A stretch of DNA of 64,000 nucleotides from Patescibacteria group bacterium (GCA_028716665.1 JAQUPP010000002.1:267717-331716); one strand, 5' to 3'. Shown: positions 9,212 through 18,967, counted from the stretch's first letter. Made by a program: numbers and translations. The notes: generated by a model from the sequence alone, not told the origin.

Positions 9212-10996
9212 ATGATAAATCAAGAATTAGCAAAAATATTTTACGAAATTGCCGAATACCTTGAAATGCAAGGAGTGTCTTTTAAACCCTATGCTTATCA
9301 AAAAGCGGCCCTTACTTTGGAAACACTGGAAGAATCAGCGGAAGATATTTATCACAAAGACGGACTAAAAGGCTTGGAGAAAATTCCCGGAGTGGGCGAG
9401 AGTATTGCTTTGAAAATGGAAGAATATTTAAAAACAGGCAAAATAAAATATTATCAAAAATTAAAAAAACAAACACCGGTTAAAATAGATGAATTAACGG
9501 CGGTTGAAGGAATGGGTCCTCAAAAAATAAAAATACTTTACGAAAAATTAAAGATTAAAGATTTGAAAGATTTGGAAAAAGCGGCTCAGTCGCACAAAAT
9601 CGCTCCGCTTTTCGGCTTTGGCGAAAAAACTGAAAAAAATATTTTGGAAGGAATTGAGTTTTTAAAAAGGAGTAAGGGGAGATTTCTTTTGGGGGAAATT
9701 TTGCCCATGGCCAAAGAAATTTATCAAAAATTGGAAAATTTAAAAGAAGTGGAAAAAGTGGACATGGCCGGTTCTTTGCGAAGAAGACAGGAAACCATCG
9801 GCGATGTTGATTTTTTGGTAATTTCGGAAAATCCAAAAAAAGTGATGGATTTTTTTGTTTCTTTGCCCGGAGTAATAAAAGTTTGGGGCAAAGGTATGAC
9901 AAAAGCTTCAGTCAGAATGAATAACGGTTTTGATATGGATATTCGAGTTGTGCCAAAAAACAGTTATGGCGCGGCTCTTCAATATTTCACCGGTTCAAAA
10001 GATCATAATATTGTTGTCAGGAAAATAGCCATGGAAAAAGGATTAAAACTTTCCGAATACGGACTTTTTCGCGGTTCAAAAATGATTGCCGGAAAAACCG
10101 AAGAAGAAATTTATAAAGCTCTCAATATGAATTGGATACCCCCGGAGATGCGGGAAAACAGAGGAGAGATAGAGGCGGCTTTAAAAAATAATTTGCCGAA
10201 AATTATCGATTATAATGATATTAAGGGCGATTTGCATTGTCATTCCAATTGGGATGGCGGAGAAAATACGATTCTTGAAATGACTGATAAAGCCATGGAA
10301 ATGGGTTATGAATATATTGGTATTTCCGATCACACAAAATTTTTAAGAATTGAAAATGGATTGGACGAGAAACAACTTTTAAAACAGCACGAAGAAATAG
10401 AAAAATTAAATTCCAAATTTCGGCCTAAGGCCGACCAGCCTCGGGCTGGCAAGATTCTTACCTCCACTAAAGTTATAGTGGATGAGCAAAATTCCAAATT
10501 CCGCATCTTGCACGGCTGCGAAACAAATATTTTAAATGACGGTTCAGTTGACATTAAAGATGAGGTTTTAAAGAAATTAGATTTTGTCATTGCCGGCGTT
10601 CATTCCAATTTTAAATTAAGCAAAGAAAAAATGACGGCCAGAATAATCAAGGCGATGAAAAATCCGAATATTGATATTATCTCGCATCCGACCGGCAGAA
10701 TCATCAAGAAAAGAGAAGAGTATCAAATTGATTTTAACGAAATTTTAAAAGCGGCAAAACAAACAGGCACAATTTTGGAAATTAACGCTCATCCGGTGAG
10801 ATTGGATTTAAACGATCAGAATATCCGCCGAGCAAAAGAAATGGGAGTAAAAATGATTATCAATACGGATGCGCATCACAGAGACCAGATGAAACTTATG
10901 GAATTCGGCATTGCTCAAGCCAGGCGAGGTTGGGCGGAGAAAAAAGATATAATCAATACTCAGCCGCTGGAAAAATTATTGGAATATCTAAAATAA
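9212..10996 (+). CDS. polX: DNA polymerase X / PHP 3'-5' exonuclease
   Basis: HhH IPGVG, GSLRR, GDVD, YFTGSK, PHP motifs DLHCHS, SDH, HPTGR, TDAH. Confidence 0.95.
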   Translation: MINQELAKIFYEIAEYLEMQGVSFKPYAYQKAALTLETLEESAEDIYHKDGLKGLEKIPGVGESIALKMEEYLKTGKIKYYQKLKKQTPVKIDELTAVEGMGPQKIKILYEKLKIKDLKDLEKAAQSHKIAPLFGFGEKTEKNILEGIEFLKRSKGRFLLGEILPMAKEIYQKLENLKEVEKVDMAGSLRRRQETIGDVDFLVISENPKKVMDFFVSLPGVIKVWGKGMTKASVRMNNGFDMDIRVVPKNSYGAALQYFTGSKDHNIVVRKIAMEKGLKLSEYGLFRGSKMIAGKTEEEIYKALNMNWIPPEMRENRGEIEAALKNNLPKIIDYNDIKGDLHCHSNWDGGENTILEMTDKAMEMGYEYIGISDHTKFLRIENGLDEKQLLKQHEEIEKLNSKFRPKADQPRAGKILTSTKVIVDEQNSKFRILHGCETNILNDGSVDIKDEVLKKLDFVIAGVHSNFKLSKEKMTARIIKAMKNPNIDIISHPTGRIIKKREEYQIDFNEILKAAKQTGTILEINAHPVRLDLNDQNIRRAKEMGVKMIINTDAHHRDQMKLMEFGIAQARRGWAEKKDIINTQPLEKLLEYLK

Positions 10997-11020
10997 AATA
11001 GAGAATAATTTTAAAATTAA

Positions 11021-11052
11021 AAATCCCCGAACTAAGTTTAGTTCGGGGATTT
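11021..11052. terminator. bidirectional terminator (polX / U5)
   Basis: AAATCCCCGAACTAA-GT-TTAGTTCGGGGATTT. Confidence 0.85.
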
Positions 11053-11055
11053 GTT

Positions 11056-11814
11056 TTATTTTTCAAACATTTCTATTGCCGTTTGCAGATAGGCGATAGC
11101 TTTATCCAATTTCAGATGATCGTTACTGTCTCTGAGTCCACCCTCGGCATCAATGCTCACATTTGGGAAATTCCTAATAATTGGTTCAATCAGATGCAAC
11201 GTATCCGGATTCAAACCGCCGGCTATCCCAATTCCTACATCCATATTTTTTATCGTAGGCATTAGAACATCAAGATATCTTTTCGTCTCCAATATATCCA
11301 ATACTCTGCCATAACCGCCGCTGGAGTCCAATAAAACATGATTCACAAATCCTTTATATTTCATTATTCTATTGGCACATTCTTGAGGATTATGACCAAC
11401 CATTTCGAGAGCATGATTCCCAATCTGCAAGATTATTTTTACTCCGGGATTTTTTGCCCGATACATCTTCAAAACATAAGGATCCGGCCAGGCCATATTA
11501 AGTTGAAAACCATGCAGATATTGACCGCTTATAGCAGTTAATTTTCCCAGCTGGTCATAAAGAATATCCCTCTCTTTGGTGTTAAAATGGATTAAACTCA
11601 GAACTTGTGGGTTGTCGGGGAAAATTTTGTAAATTTGATTCAATGATGGATAGCGGCCGGGAAATTTTTCATTTTTTAAACCCCCTAGGGTTTTGGAATT
11701 TGCCAAAACTCCGACCATGATTTTTCTGTTTTCCGGTATTTTCACCTTTAATAAAATTTCAGAAACTTCCTCCGGTTTCATAAAACCCGTAATTCCAATA
11801 TACGGTTTCTCCAT
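11056..11814 (-). CDS. TIM-barrel protein, phosphoribosylanthranilate isomerase-like (cassette U5)
   Basis: YIGITG, FQLN, LLDSSGG, IAGGLNP, SIDAEG; ATG at 11814 behind SD GGGAGG. Confidence 0.7.
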   Translation of the reverse strand: MEKPYIGITGFMKPEEVSEILLKVKIPENRKIMVGVLANSKTLGGLKNEKFPGRYPSLNQIYKIFPDNPQVLSLIHFNTKERDILYDQLGKLTAISGQYLHGFQLNMAWPDPYVLKMYRAKNPGVKIILQIGNHALEMVGHNPQECANRIMKYKGFVNHVLLDSSGGYGRVLDILETKRYLDVLMPTIKNMDVGIGIAGGLNPDTLHLIEPIIRNFPNVSIDAEGGLRDSNDHLKLDKAIAYLQTAIEMFEK

Positions 11815-11897
11815 TTTTTCCTCCCTGTCTGCCAATAGCAGGCTTTTTTTAAAGTGCTTTTTATTAAAGCGATTATTCGGCTTTAACTTTAGTCATT

Positions 11898-11926
11898 ATT
11901 TTATCATAAAAATCAATTTTTGTCAA
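11898..11926 (-). promoter_or_regulatory. promoter of cassette U5
   Basis: TTGACA-17nt-TAAAAT with TGn. Confidence 0.75.
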
Positions 11927-11995
11927 CCCCCACACCAAATGGCAATATTTTTTTATTTGTGTCCAAAGGCGCTAATCGCCATTCTGGTGTGAGAG
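11927..11995. mobile_element. CCCC-type mini inverted-repeat element with TCAA/TTGA duplication
   Basis: CCCCCACACCAAATGGC...GCCATTCTGGTGTGAGAG flanked by TCAA at 11923 and 11996. Confidence 0.65.
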
Positions 11996-12018
11996 TCAAC
12001 CCCGTTTTATTCAATTAA

Positions 12019-12049
12019 AAAAGGGCGAATTATATTTATTCGCCCTTTT
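12019..12049 (-). terminator. terminator of U6
   Basis: AAAAGGGCGAAT...ATTCGCCCTTTT. Confidence 0.8.
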
Positions 12050-12055
12050 ATTTTT

Positions 12056-12358
12056 TTAATTTTTCAGGATTCTTTTTTTCAATTGTTTCGGCCCGTTTTT
12101 ACAAAATTCTTTTTCAATCGCAATGGTCATACTAAACCCAAAATTGCCTTCTATCATATTAAGCCAACTTCTTAACAACATACAATATTCCGGAGAGCTA
12201 GTATATCCATTCTCTATCCGTTGATAAAGCGTTACTCCATATTTTGGAAATAAGGCAATGAAATCTTTGGCCATCTCTTGAGTAAGTTCTTCTATTTTTT
12301 CAGTATATTTAGAACGTAATTTTGTCGACGCTCTATTAATTTTTTTGATACCATCCAT
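12056..12358 (-). CDS. hypothetical protein (cassette U6, gene 2)
   Basis: 100 aa, SD AAGGAGGTG. Confidence 0.75.
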   Translation of the reverse strand: MDGIKKINRASTKLRSKYTEKIEELTQEMAKDFIALFPKYGVTLYQRIENGYTSSPEYCMLLRSWLNMIEGNFGFSMTIAIEKEFCKNGPKQLKKRILKN

Positions 12359-12376
12359 TTTTCACCTCCTTTTTTG

Positions 12377-12997
12377 TTATTTTTCAATCGGATGAGACAT
12401 AATTTTTTTCAAGACAATTTTATTAAGATATTGTCTGAATTCATCCATTACCTTGGCAGTGCTGAATGATTTCGGTTCATTACCTTCAGGGTCATACTCA
12501 CGACCCAAATCATTAGTATGCACCAGAAGAGGAGGTCGGCATCTTGGATGCGTATGCGGTATTCTATCGAATTTGTCTTCACTATTTTTTCCGCAATGGC
12601 ATTCACCTTTGTATTCAAGATACATTCTCGGTTCTTTTCTGAGCTTGCTGTTAACCTTTACGTTATTTATAAATTTATCGCGATCTCGCTCCCAATTGTC
12701 GCCGACATAGAGATAGAAAGTAGGGCCGGATTCGTCTTCATAGACATTGAGTTGCTTTTTGGGAATCACGATTCTGGTTATAAACGCAATAGCGCCATCA
12801 GTTATAGGACGGGGTTTATAATAAAAATAGAGTTCAAAATCTTGTCCTCTGACATACCTCACGCAAAAAAGTTCTTCTTCATCGAATTCCACTTTGATGC
12901 CGGGTACTTGCCAATTACGCTTTTTAAGTTCGTGAAGAATTTTTTCACAAACACAACCAAATGGAAATTGTCGACTGACGGAAATAGGTTTTGCCAT
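12377..12997 (-). CDS. hypothetical protein (cassette U6, gene 1)
   Basis: 206 aa, SD AAGGAGG, Cys/His cluster CHC...HTH..C. Confidence 0.75.
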   Translation of the reverse strand: MAKPISVSRQFPFGCVCEKILHELKKRNWQVPGIKVEFDEEELFCVRYVRGQDFELYFYYKPRPITDGAIAFITRIVIPKKQLNVYEDESGPTFYLYVGDNWERDRDKFINNVKVNSKLRKEPRMYLEYKGECHCGKNSEDKFDRIPHTHPRCRPPLLVHTNDLGREYDPEGNEPKSFSTAKVMDEFRQYLNKIVLKKIMSHPIEK

Positions 12998-13051
12998 TTT
13001 TCCTCCTTGTCTGCTGATTTGCAGACTTTTTTATTTTTAAGAACTGTTATT

Positions 13052-13080
13052 ATTTAAGCAAATTTTTCGGTTTTTGTCAA
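13052..13080 (-). promoter_or_regulatory. promoter of cassette U6
   Basis: TTGACAAAAACCGAAAAATTTGCTTAAAT. Confidence 0.7.
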
Positions 13081-13083
13081 ATT

Positions 13084-15123
13084 TTATTTCAATAAGAATA
13101 AAGGCAATAAAACCAAAGTTAGAGTGGAAAGCAATTTAATCAAAACATGAAGCGAAGGACCGGCGGTGTCTTTAAATGGATCGCCGACTGTGTCGCCGAC
13201 AACTGTGGCTTTGTGCGTGTCTGAACCTTTGCCGCCGAGATTTCCGATTTCAATGAATTTTTTCGCATTATCCCAAGCTCCGCCGCCGTTATTTAAAACC
13301 AAAGCCAATAAAATTCCGGCAATCGTAGCAACCATTAAAAAGGCGCCGATTACTTCGGCTTTGAAAATAATACCGATTAAAGTCGGCAATAAAATCGCCA
13401 CCAAGCCAGGTAAAATCATTTCTTTTAAAGCGCCCTTGGTGGTAATATCAACGCAGCGAGCATAATCCGGTTTAGCCAAACCTTTCATAATATCCGGATT
13501 TTTTTTGAATTGATCACGCACTTCATTAATAATATAGTAAGCACCGCGGCTGACTGCGCGAATAGCCAAAGAAGAAAAAAGGAAAACCAACATTGCTCCC
13601 AATAATCCGCCGGTGAAAACAGCCGGTTTGGCCAAGTCAATACTTGTTAAATGAGCGTCGGTTAAGAAAGCGGAAAAAAGCAAGAACGCAGCCAATGCGG
13701 CAGAACCGACAGCATAACCTTTTGTTAAAGCTTTAGTCGTGTTGCCGACAGAATCCAAACGATCGGTAATTTTGCGCACCTCAGGAGATGCTTGCGACAT
13801 TTCAACAATTCCTCCGGCATTATCGGTAATCGGACCAAAAGTGTCCATGGCTAAAATATAAGCCGCAGTAGATAACATTCCCATTGTGGCAATAGCCGTG
13901 CCATAAAGTCCGCCCTGATTCAAACCTGACATTTTTCCCAGCCAATAAGAACCCAAAAGCGCGGCGCTGATTACAACAGCCGGTAAAGCAGTACTTTCTA
14001 AAGCAACAGCAAAACCGGAAATAATATTTGTCGCAGCTCCGGTTGTTGATGCTTGAGCAATTGATTTAACAGGACGATAACGATATTCGGTATAATATTG
14101 AGTGATTAATAAAAAGGCGACGCCGGTCAATAGACCGACTAGGCCGCAAGTGAAAAATAATAACCAATGTGAATGCAAGAGCCAATGAGTGGCAAAACCA
14201 AAACCGATTGCCGCTAAAACAGCGGTTAAATAAAATCCGCGATTTAAAGATTTCATCGGATCTTCACTGCCTTTAACTTTTACAATCATTATTCCAAAAA
14301 TGGAAGCGATTAATCCGAAAGCGCGGGCAACCAAAGGAAAAATGATTCCGGCTAAACCGAAAATTGGGAACAAAGCAATTCCTAAAATCATGGCGCCGAT
14401 ATTTTCCGCAGCCGTGCTTTCAAACAAATCCGCTCCGCGGCCTGCGCAATCTCCGACATTATCACCAACCAAATCAGCGATAACAGCCGGGTTTCTGATA
14501 TCGTCTTCGGGAATGCCGGCTTCAACTTTGCCGACTAAATCAGCGCCGACGTCAGCCGCTTTGGTGTAAATTCCTCCGCCCAATTGAGCGAATAACGCCA
14601 CCAGTGACGCGCCAAATCCAAAACCGACAATTGTTAATGGAACGATTTCAGGATTTTTTAAACCGCCGTATAAAACAAAAAGTCCGGCTACGCCTAAAAG
14701 CGATAAAGCCACGACTAAAATTCCGGAAACAGCGCCGCCTCGCATTGCCATTTTTACCGCCAAATCAACATTTTTCGTGGAAGCGACGGCAGTGCGCAAA
14801 TTGGCTCGTACTGAAATATACATGCCGATAAAACCGGCTAAGCCGGAACAAAACGCGCCGGCGATAAAAGCGATGGCTGTTTTAACTCCCAAATTAAGAT
14901 CGTCATTAAACGCGTAAAGGCAAAAAATTAAAATGGCGCACAAAGAAGTAATTAAAGCAATGGTTGAATATTGTCTTTTTAAAAATGCCATTGCTCCTTG
15001 TTTGATAGCCAGAGCGATTTCTTGCATTTTATCCGAACCTTGGTCGCTTTTTAAAACAAAGCGCGCTAGAAAAAAAGCAACGATTAGGCCTGTTAAACTG
15101 ATACAAAATACAGTGATCAACAT
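13084..15123 (-). CDS. hppA: membrane H+-translocating pyrophosphatase, K+-independent type
   Basis: GGIYTKAADVGADLVGKVE, DNVGD, GNTTKA (Lys marks K+-independence), GDTVGDPFKDT. Confidence 0.95.
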   Translation of the reverse strand: MLITVFCISLTGLIVAFFLARFVLKSDQGSDKMQEIALAIKQGAMAFLKRQYSTIALITSLCAILIFCLYAFNDDLNLGVKTAIAFIAGAFCSGLAGFIGMYISVRANLRTAVASTKNVDLAVKMAMRGGAVSGILVVALSLLGVAGLFVLYGGLKNPEIVPLTIVGFGFGASLVALFAQLGGGIYTKAADVGADLVGKVEAGIPEDDIRNPAVIADLVGDNVGDCAGRGADLFESTAAENIGAMILGIALFPIFGLAGIIFPLVARAFGLIASIFGIMIVKVKGSEDPMKSLNRGFYLTAVLAAIGFGFATHWLLHSHWLLFFTCGLVGLLTGVAFLLITQYYTEYRYRPVKSIAQASTTGAATNIISGFAVALESTALPAVVISAALLGSYWLGKMSGLNQGGLYGTAIATMGMLSTAAYILAMDTFGPITDNAGGIVEMSQASPEVRKITDRLDSVGNTTKALTKGYAVGSAALAAFLLFSAFLTDAHLTSIDLAKPAVFTGGLLGAMLVFLFSSLAIRAVSRGAYYIINEVRDQFKKNPDIMKGLAKPDYARCVDITTKGALKEMILPGLVAILLPTLIGIIFKAEVIGAFLMVATIAGILLALVLNNGGGAWDNAKKFIEIGNLGGKGSDTHKATVVGDTVGDPFKDTAGPSLHVLIKLLSTLTLVLLPLFLLK

Positions 15124-15240
15124 AATTTTTATTAAATTAATTATAAAGTATTGTAAATTTTATCAAATATTTATTTTTTGTCAAGATTATTAAAAATAAA
15201 AAATAGCTAATTAATAATTAAATTAGCTATTTTTTATAAA

Positions 15241-15648
15241 TTATAAAAACTTTATTTTTTCTTTATTTACTGTTAAAAATTCTTTTTTAACCGCTAATTG
15301 CGGGAATTTTTTGCGAATGATTTTCTCGGCTTTTTCCAATTCTTTCTTGTGAAATTCAATTTCTTCTTTTTCTGATTTAAAATTTTTACTTCCGCCATAA
15401 GCTCCGCAATCTATGTGATTCACCAAAATTATTGAGTGCGGGTGATGCAATTTTATAGATATTCCGATATTTTCCAAAAGAGTTATTTTGTTTTCTTTTT
15501 TAGCCGGCGAAGTTAAATTTTTGATCGCTCCGGCTATTGTAATCAAATCAAAGTGGCCGTATTTTTCTTTTAAAAGCGGTAAGGCCTGAGGCCAAAAACG
15601 GTAATCAATACAAGAAATAACAATTGATAAGTTTTTTTGATGCAGCAT
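15241..15648 (-). CDS. beta-class carbonic anhydrase-like protein
   Basis: SCIDYR and NHIDCG zinc-ligand motifs. Confidence 0.8.
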   Translation of the reverse strand: MLHQKNLSIVISCIDYRFWPQALPLLKEKYGHFDLITIAGAIKNLTSPAKKENKITLLENIGISIKLHHPHSIILVNHIDCGAYGGSKNFKSEKEEIEFHKKELEKAEKIIRKKFPQLAVKKEFLTVNKEKIKFL

Positions 15649-15670
15649 ATTATTTTAATAATTTTTTATT

Positions 15671-15757
15671 TGGTGCCGGAGGAGAGATTTGAACTCTCAT
15701 AAGCTTGCGCTTACAGCGCTCTGAACGCTGCGTGTATACCAGTTTCACCACTCCGGC
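15671..15757 (-). tRNA. tRNA-Leu(CAG)
   Basis: GCCGGAG acceptor, CAGCG-TTCAGAG-CGCTG anticodon arm, long variable arm, TTCAAAT T loop, CCA. Confidence 0.95.
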
Positions 15758-15809
15758 AAAAGTATACCAACTTGCCCCGCTTTTCGCGGCGGGGTTCCAC
15801 CACGTGGGC

Positions 15810-17603
15810 CTACTTCCAAACCATCTTTGTTTTAATATACCAATTTTCAATATTGATAAAACGATCTGATGGTCGGTGAATATAATTGATATCTATCCCT
15901 TTTATTTTTTTATCAACCAGGTAGCTGTAAGTGGTATTGTATAAGAAAACGGCCGGAATATTTTCAGCGATAATTTCTTGAAAGTCGCCCCAATATTTTT
16001 TACCTAAATTATTTCCTTTTGTTTTTTCCGCTTTTTCCAATAATTCATCAGCCTTTCTATTATTAAAACCGCTTAAATTCAAACCCGGAGGCGCGATTTG
16101 CGAAGAATGCCAAAGAAAATAAGGATCGGAATCGGAATTAGCCAAAACGCCATAAAGAAAACTTTGAAAATTACGCGCTTTGATAACTTCAGCAATTTGG
16201 TCCGGTGAAATGGTAATTGATTTTATTTTAATGCCGATATCTTGCCAGGCGGTTTGAATTAATTTAGCAGTTGTTTCCAAATCAGGCTGACTGACCGTAG
16301 TGAGAGTTATTTCCAATTCTTGTCCGTTTTTTTCAAAAATTCCCCGCTGATTTTTTTGCCAACCGGCTTGAGTTAAAGTTTTTTCCGCCAAAGACGGATT
16401 AAAACTGTATTTTGTAATATTCGGATTGTAAGCGGAAGAAAAAGGGAGGATAGCGCTGTCTATAATTTGCCCTTCTTCGTTTAAAACATTTTTAAAAATT
16501 TGATTTTTGGGTGTTAAATAAGCCAATGCTTCTCGAACAGATTTATCTTTTAAAGGAGAATTTTGATCTTTAAGATTAAAAAAGATAACAGTATAATATG
16601 GCAAGTTAAGGGGGTAATGTTTGATATTTTTAAGACCGGACACTTCGTCTCTTATTTTTTTAGGAGCATATCCCAGACCGATAATTTCTTGATTTTTTAA
16701 AGCTTTGGCTGCTTGATTGAAATCGGAATAAATTTTAAAAGTTATTTCTTGTAGATTTGCCACGTGTCCGTAAAATTTTTCATTGCGTTCCAAAGTATAT
16801 ACTTTAATAACATTAGATCTGTCTTGGGTTAAAGATTTAAATTGAAACGGACCACTTCCTATTGGTTTGAGATTAAATTCTGATTGAGAAAAAATTTCCG
16901 GTGTAATATTTTGCCAAATGTGTTTTGGTAAAATTCCCAAGGCAAGGGCGGACATAAAAGCGTCTGAAGGATTTTTTAATTTAAATTGAACGCAATTTTC
17001 ATCAAGCTGTTGAGCTTCTGATTCTTTAATCAAGGATTTAAATTGACTTTTAGAAACATCACTTTGAGCCAAATTAAAAGTGAATAATATGTCTTCAGGG
17101 GTTAATTTTTCTCCGTCATGCCAAAATATATTTTTTTTAAGACAAACTGTGTATTGTTTTTTATCTTGGCTGACCGAAACATTTTCAGCCAAATCAGGTT
17201 TTAATTCCAAGTTTTTATTATATTCTAAAAGTCCGGAAAAAATCAAACGGGATAAATCCAAATCCATGTCATCGGAAGCGAGAAGAGGATTAATAAATTT
17301 TGGCTCACTGACAGATCCTTCAATATAATATCCGCCGCTGATAGGTTTTGTTTGTAAATTAAAAAACCAAAAACGCCCGACAAGAAAAATAAAAGAAAAA
17401 AGAGTCAGGCATGTCAGAACAATAACAACTCTTTTCTCTTGAATAGTCAGAAAACGCCCGACATATTTTATTTGTTTTAAAGTCGGATGTTTTTTATTGA
17501 ATATTTGTTTGAAAATTCGGTGCTCAAATTCCGGAATAGCAACAAACCGATTTTTCAATCTTTGTACAATTTTTTTGATCATGGAGAGTTTTTCTATTGC
17601 CAA
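15810..17603 (-). CDS. ABC peptide/nickel-binding protein, family 5, with N-terminal TM anchor
   Basis: PDLAE, WHDG, PIGSGPFQ, VREAL motifs; alternative ATG at 17582. Confidence 0.9.
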   Translation of the reverse strand: MAIEKLSMIKKIVQRLKNRFVAIPEFEHRIFKQIFNKKHPTLKQIKYVGRFLTIQEKRVVIVLTCLTLFSFIFLVGRFWFFNLQTKPISGGYYIEGSVSEPKFINPLLASDDMDLDLSRLIFSGLLEYNKNLELKPDLAENVSVSQDKKQYTVCLKKNIFWHDGEKLTPEDILFTFNLAQSDVSKSQFKSLIKESEAQQLDENCVQFKLKNPSDAFMSALALGILPKHIWQNITPEIFSQSEFNLKPIGSGPFQFKSLTQDRSNVIKVYTLERNEKFYGHVANLQEITFKIYSDFNQAAKALKNQEIIGLGYAPKKIRDEVSGLKNIKHYPLNLPYYTVIFFNLKDQNSPLKDKSVREALAYLTPKNQIFKNVLNEEGQIIDSAILPFSSAYNPNITKYSFNPSLAEKTLTQAGWQKNQRGIFEKNGQELEITLTTVSQPDLETTAKLIQTAWQDIGIKIKSITISPDQIAEVIKARNFQSFLYGVLANSDSDPYFLWHSSQIAPPGLNLSGFNNRKADELLEKAEKTKGNNLGKKYWGDFQEIIAENIPAVFLYNTTYSYLVDKKIKGIDINYIHRPSDRFINIENWYIKTKMVWK

Positions 17604-17675
17604 GCGAGCGAGGGAAATGAAAATAGTAAATTTTTATTTCCGAGCGAGCACAGGCAAAAAATGGTTTAATAACCT

Positions 17676-17909
17676 TTACTTGGCGATAATTAATTGAACC
17701 ACTCCCAAGATGAGAAAGGCAACTGCGGCTACGGCAGTAATCGCGAAGATAATTTTTTCAAGTCCTCGTTTGGTGTGATAAACATCACCGCCACCGCCTC
17801 CGCCGAATAATCCTGACGCACCTCCGCCTCTTGCTTGCAAAAGCACTCCACTGATAAGAACAGCGGAAACGACGATTTGAACAATGTTGAGAATTTGAGA
17901 TGTAGACAT
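17676..17909 (-). CDS. secG: preprotein translocase subunit SecG
   Basis: TM-LLQARGGGASGLFGG-...RGLEK-TM. Confidence 0.92.
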   Translation of the reverse strand: MSTSQILNIVQIVVSAVLISGVLLQARGGGASGLFGGGGGGDVYHTKRGLEKIIFAITAVAAVAFLILGVVQLIIAK

Positions 17910-17930
17910 ATAAATTTTTTTATTAATTAA

Positions 17931-18746
17931 TTATTTCTTAACTGTTGCTAAATAGGTATTTTTTAATAAAAATGCGACGCTTAGCGGACCAATGCCGCCG
18001 GGAACAGGCGAAAAGTAAGAAGCTTTTAAGGCAACTTTTGGATCAACATCTCCGGCCGGTTTGTTATTAACTCGGTTATAACCAACGTCTATGACAATGG
18101 CATTTTTTTTGATTATTTCTGATTTGATAAAATGAGGTTTGCCGATAGCGACAATCACAATATCCGCTTTTTTTATTGCTGTTGGATTTTTTATTTTTCC
18201 TTTAACCAAATAAACGCATTGAGATTTTATTTTTTGGCGAATCAATAATTCGGCCAATGGCTGAGCGAAAATCGGATTCTTGGAAATAATCACCGCTGTT
18301 CTCCCTGCCTGCCGGCAGGCAGGTTTTTTTTCTTTCGCGACTTGAATCAGTTTTAAAACAGCTAAATGAGCAGGTGAAGAGAAAAGAGATTGTTTAACAA
18401 AACCGTCAACATCTTTTTCTGGCAAAATTGATTGAGCGATTAAATTTGAATTCAAATGTTTGGGAAGAGGGAATTGGATAATAATGCCGTGAACATGAGA
18501 ATTGGAATTAAGTTTTTGAATTAAATCCAAAACTTTTTTTTGGCTGACGTTATTTTTCAAATCAAAACGAACAAATTTAATGCCGATTTCTTGGGCCGCT
18601 TTTTCTTTTAATCTGACGTAAACTATTGAGCCCGGGTCTTTGCCGATTAGAATTACTGCCAAGCAGGGTTTTGTCCTTTGCCTTTTAATCGTTGTTTTCA
18701 GGTCCTGAAGTATTGTTTTGGCTATTTTTTTCCCGTTTAAAAACAT
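17931..18746 (-). CDS. folD: methylenetetrahydrofolate dehydrogenase/cyclohydrolase
   Basis: YVRLKEK, QFPLP, KDVDG, VIDVG, PVPGGIGP. Confidence 0.92.
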   Translation of the reverse strand: MFLNGKKIAKTILQDLKTTIKRQRTKPCLAVILIGKDPGSIVYVRLKEKAAQEIGIKFVRFDLKNNVSQKKVLDLIQKLNSNSHVHGIIIQFPLPKHLNSNLIAQSILPEKDVDGFVKQSLFSSPAHLAVLKLIQVAKEKKPACRQAGRTAVIISKNPIFAQPLAELLIRQKIKSQCVYLVKGKIKNPTAIKKADIVIVAIGKPHFIKSEIIKKNAIVIDVGYNRVNNKPAGDVDPKVALKASYFSPVPGGIGPLSVAFLLKNTYLATVKK

Positions 18747-18787
18747 AGAATTATTATACCAGAAAGTTAAAAATAGGGAAGAGGGGC

Positions 18788-18878
18788 GGCCATTAGGTTG
18801 GCCGCACGAAAAGACTCCGCCAGCTGGCGGACCACTCGGACTCCGTGACGCTTTTCTTTGCGGCGCAATCTGATGGCC
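18788..18878. repeat. long GC-rich hairpin with nested TCCGCCAGCTGGCGGA palindrome
   Basis: GGCCATTAGGTTG/CAATCTGATGGCC, GCCGCA/TGCGGC, GAAAAG/CTTTTC arms. Confidence 0.6.
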
Positions 18879-18923
18879 TAAGGGGGTAAAAAAAGGAATA
18901 TTGGGAATAATTTTGAAAAATCA

Positions 18924-18953
18924 ATAGCCCTGGCGACGATGCGCCAGGGCTAT
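18924..18953 (-). terminator. terminator of U7, identical to 19463-19492
   Basis: ATAGCCCTGGCG-ACGATG-CGCCAGGGCTAT. Confidence 0.75.
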
Positions 18954-18967
18954 ATTTTGTTTTCGAT

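Noticed and set aside
13166-14831. Antisense ORFs inside hppA, and similar ones inside lon, atpA, atpD and pyrD
   Set aside because: Shadow ORFs of well-conserved genes with no start signals or motifs
15650-15850. 66-aa ORF, and likewise the minus-strand ORFs over 2294-2617
   Set aside because: Shadow frames over tRNA-Leu and over the tRNA-like RNA/U2 gene
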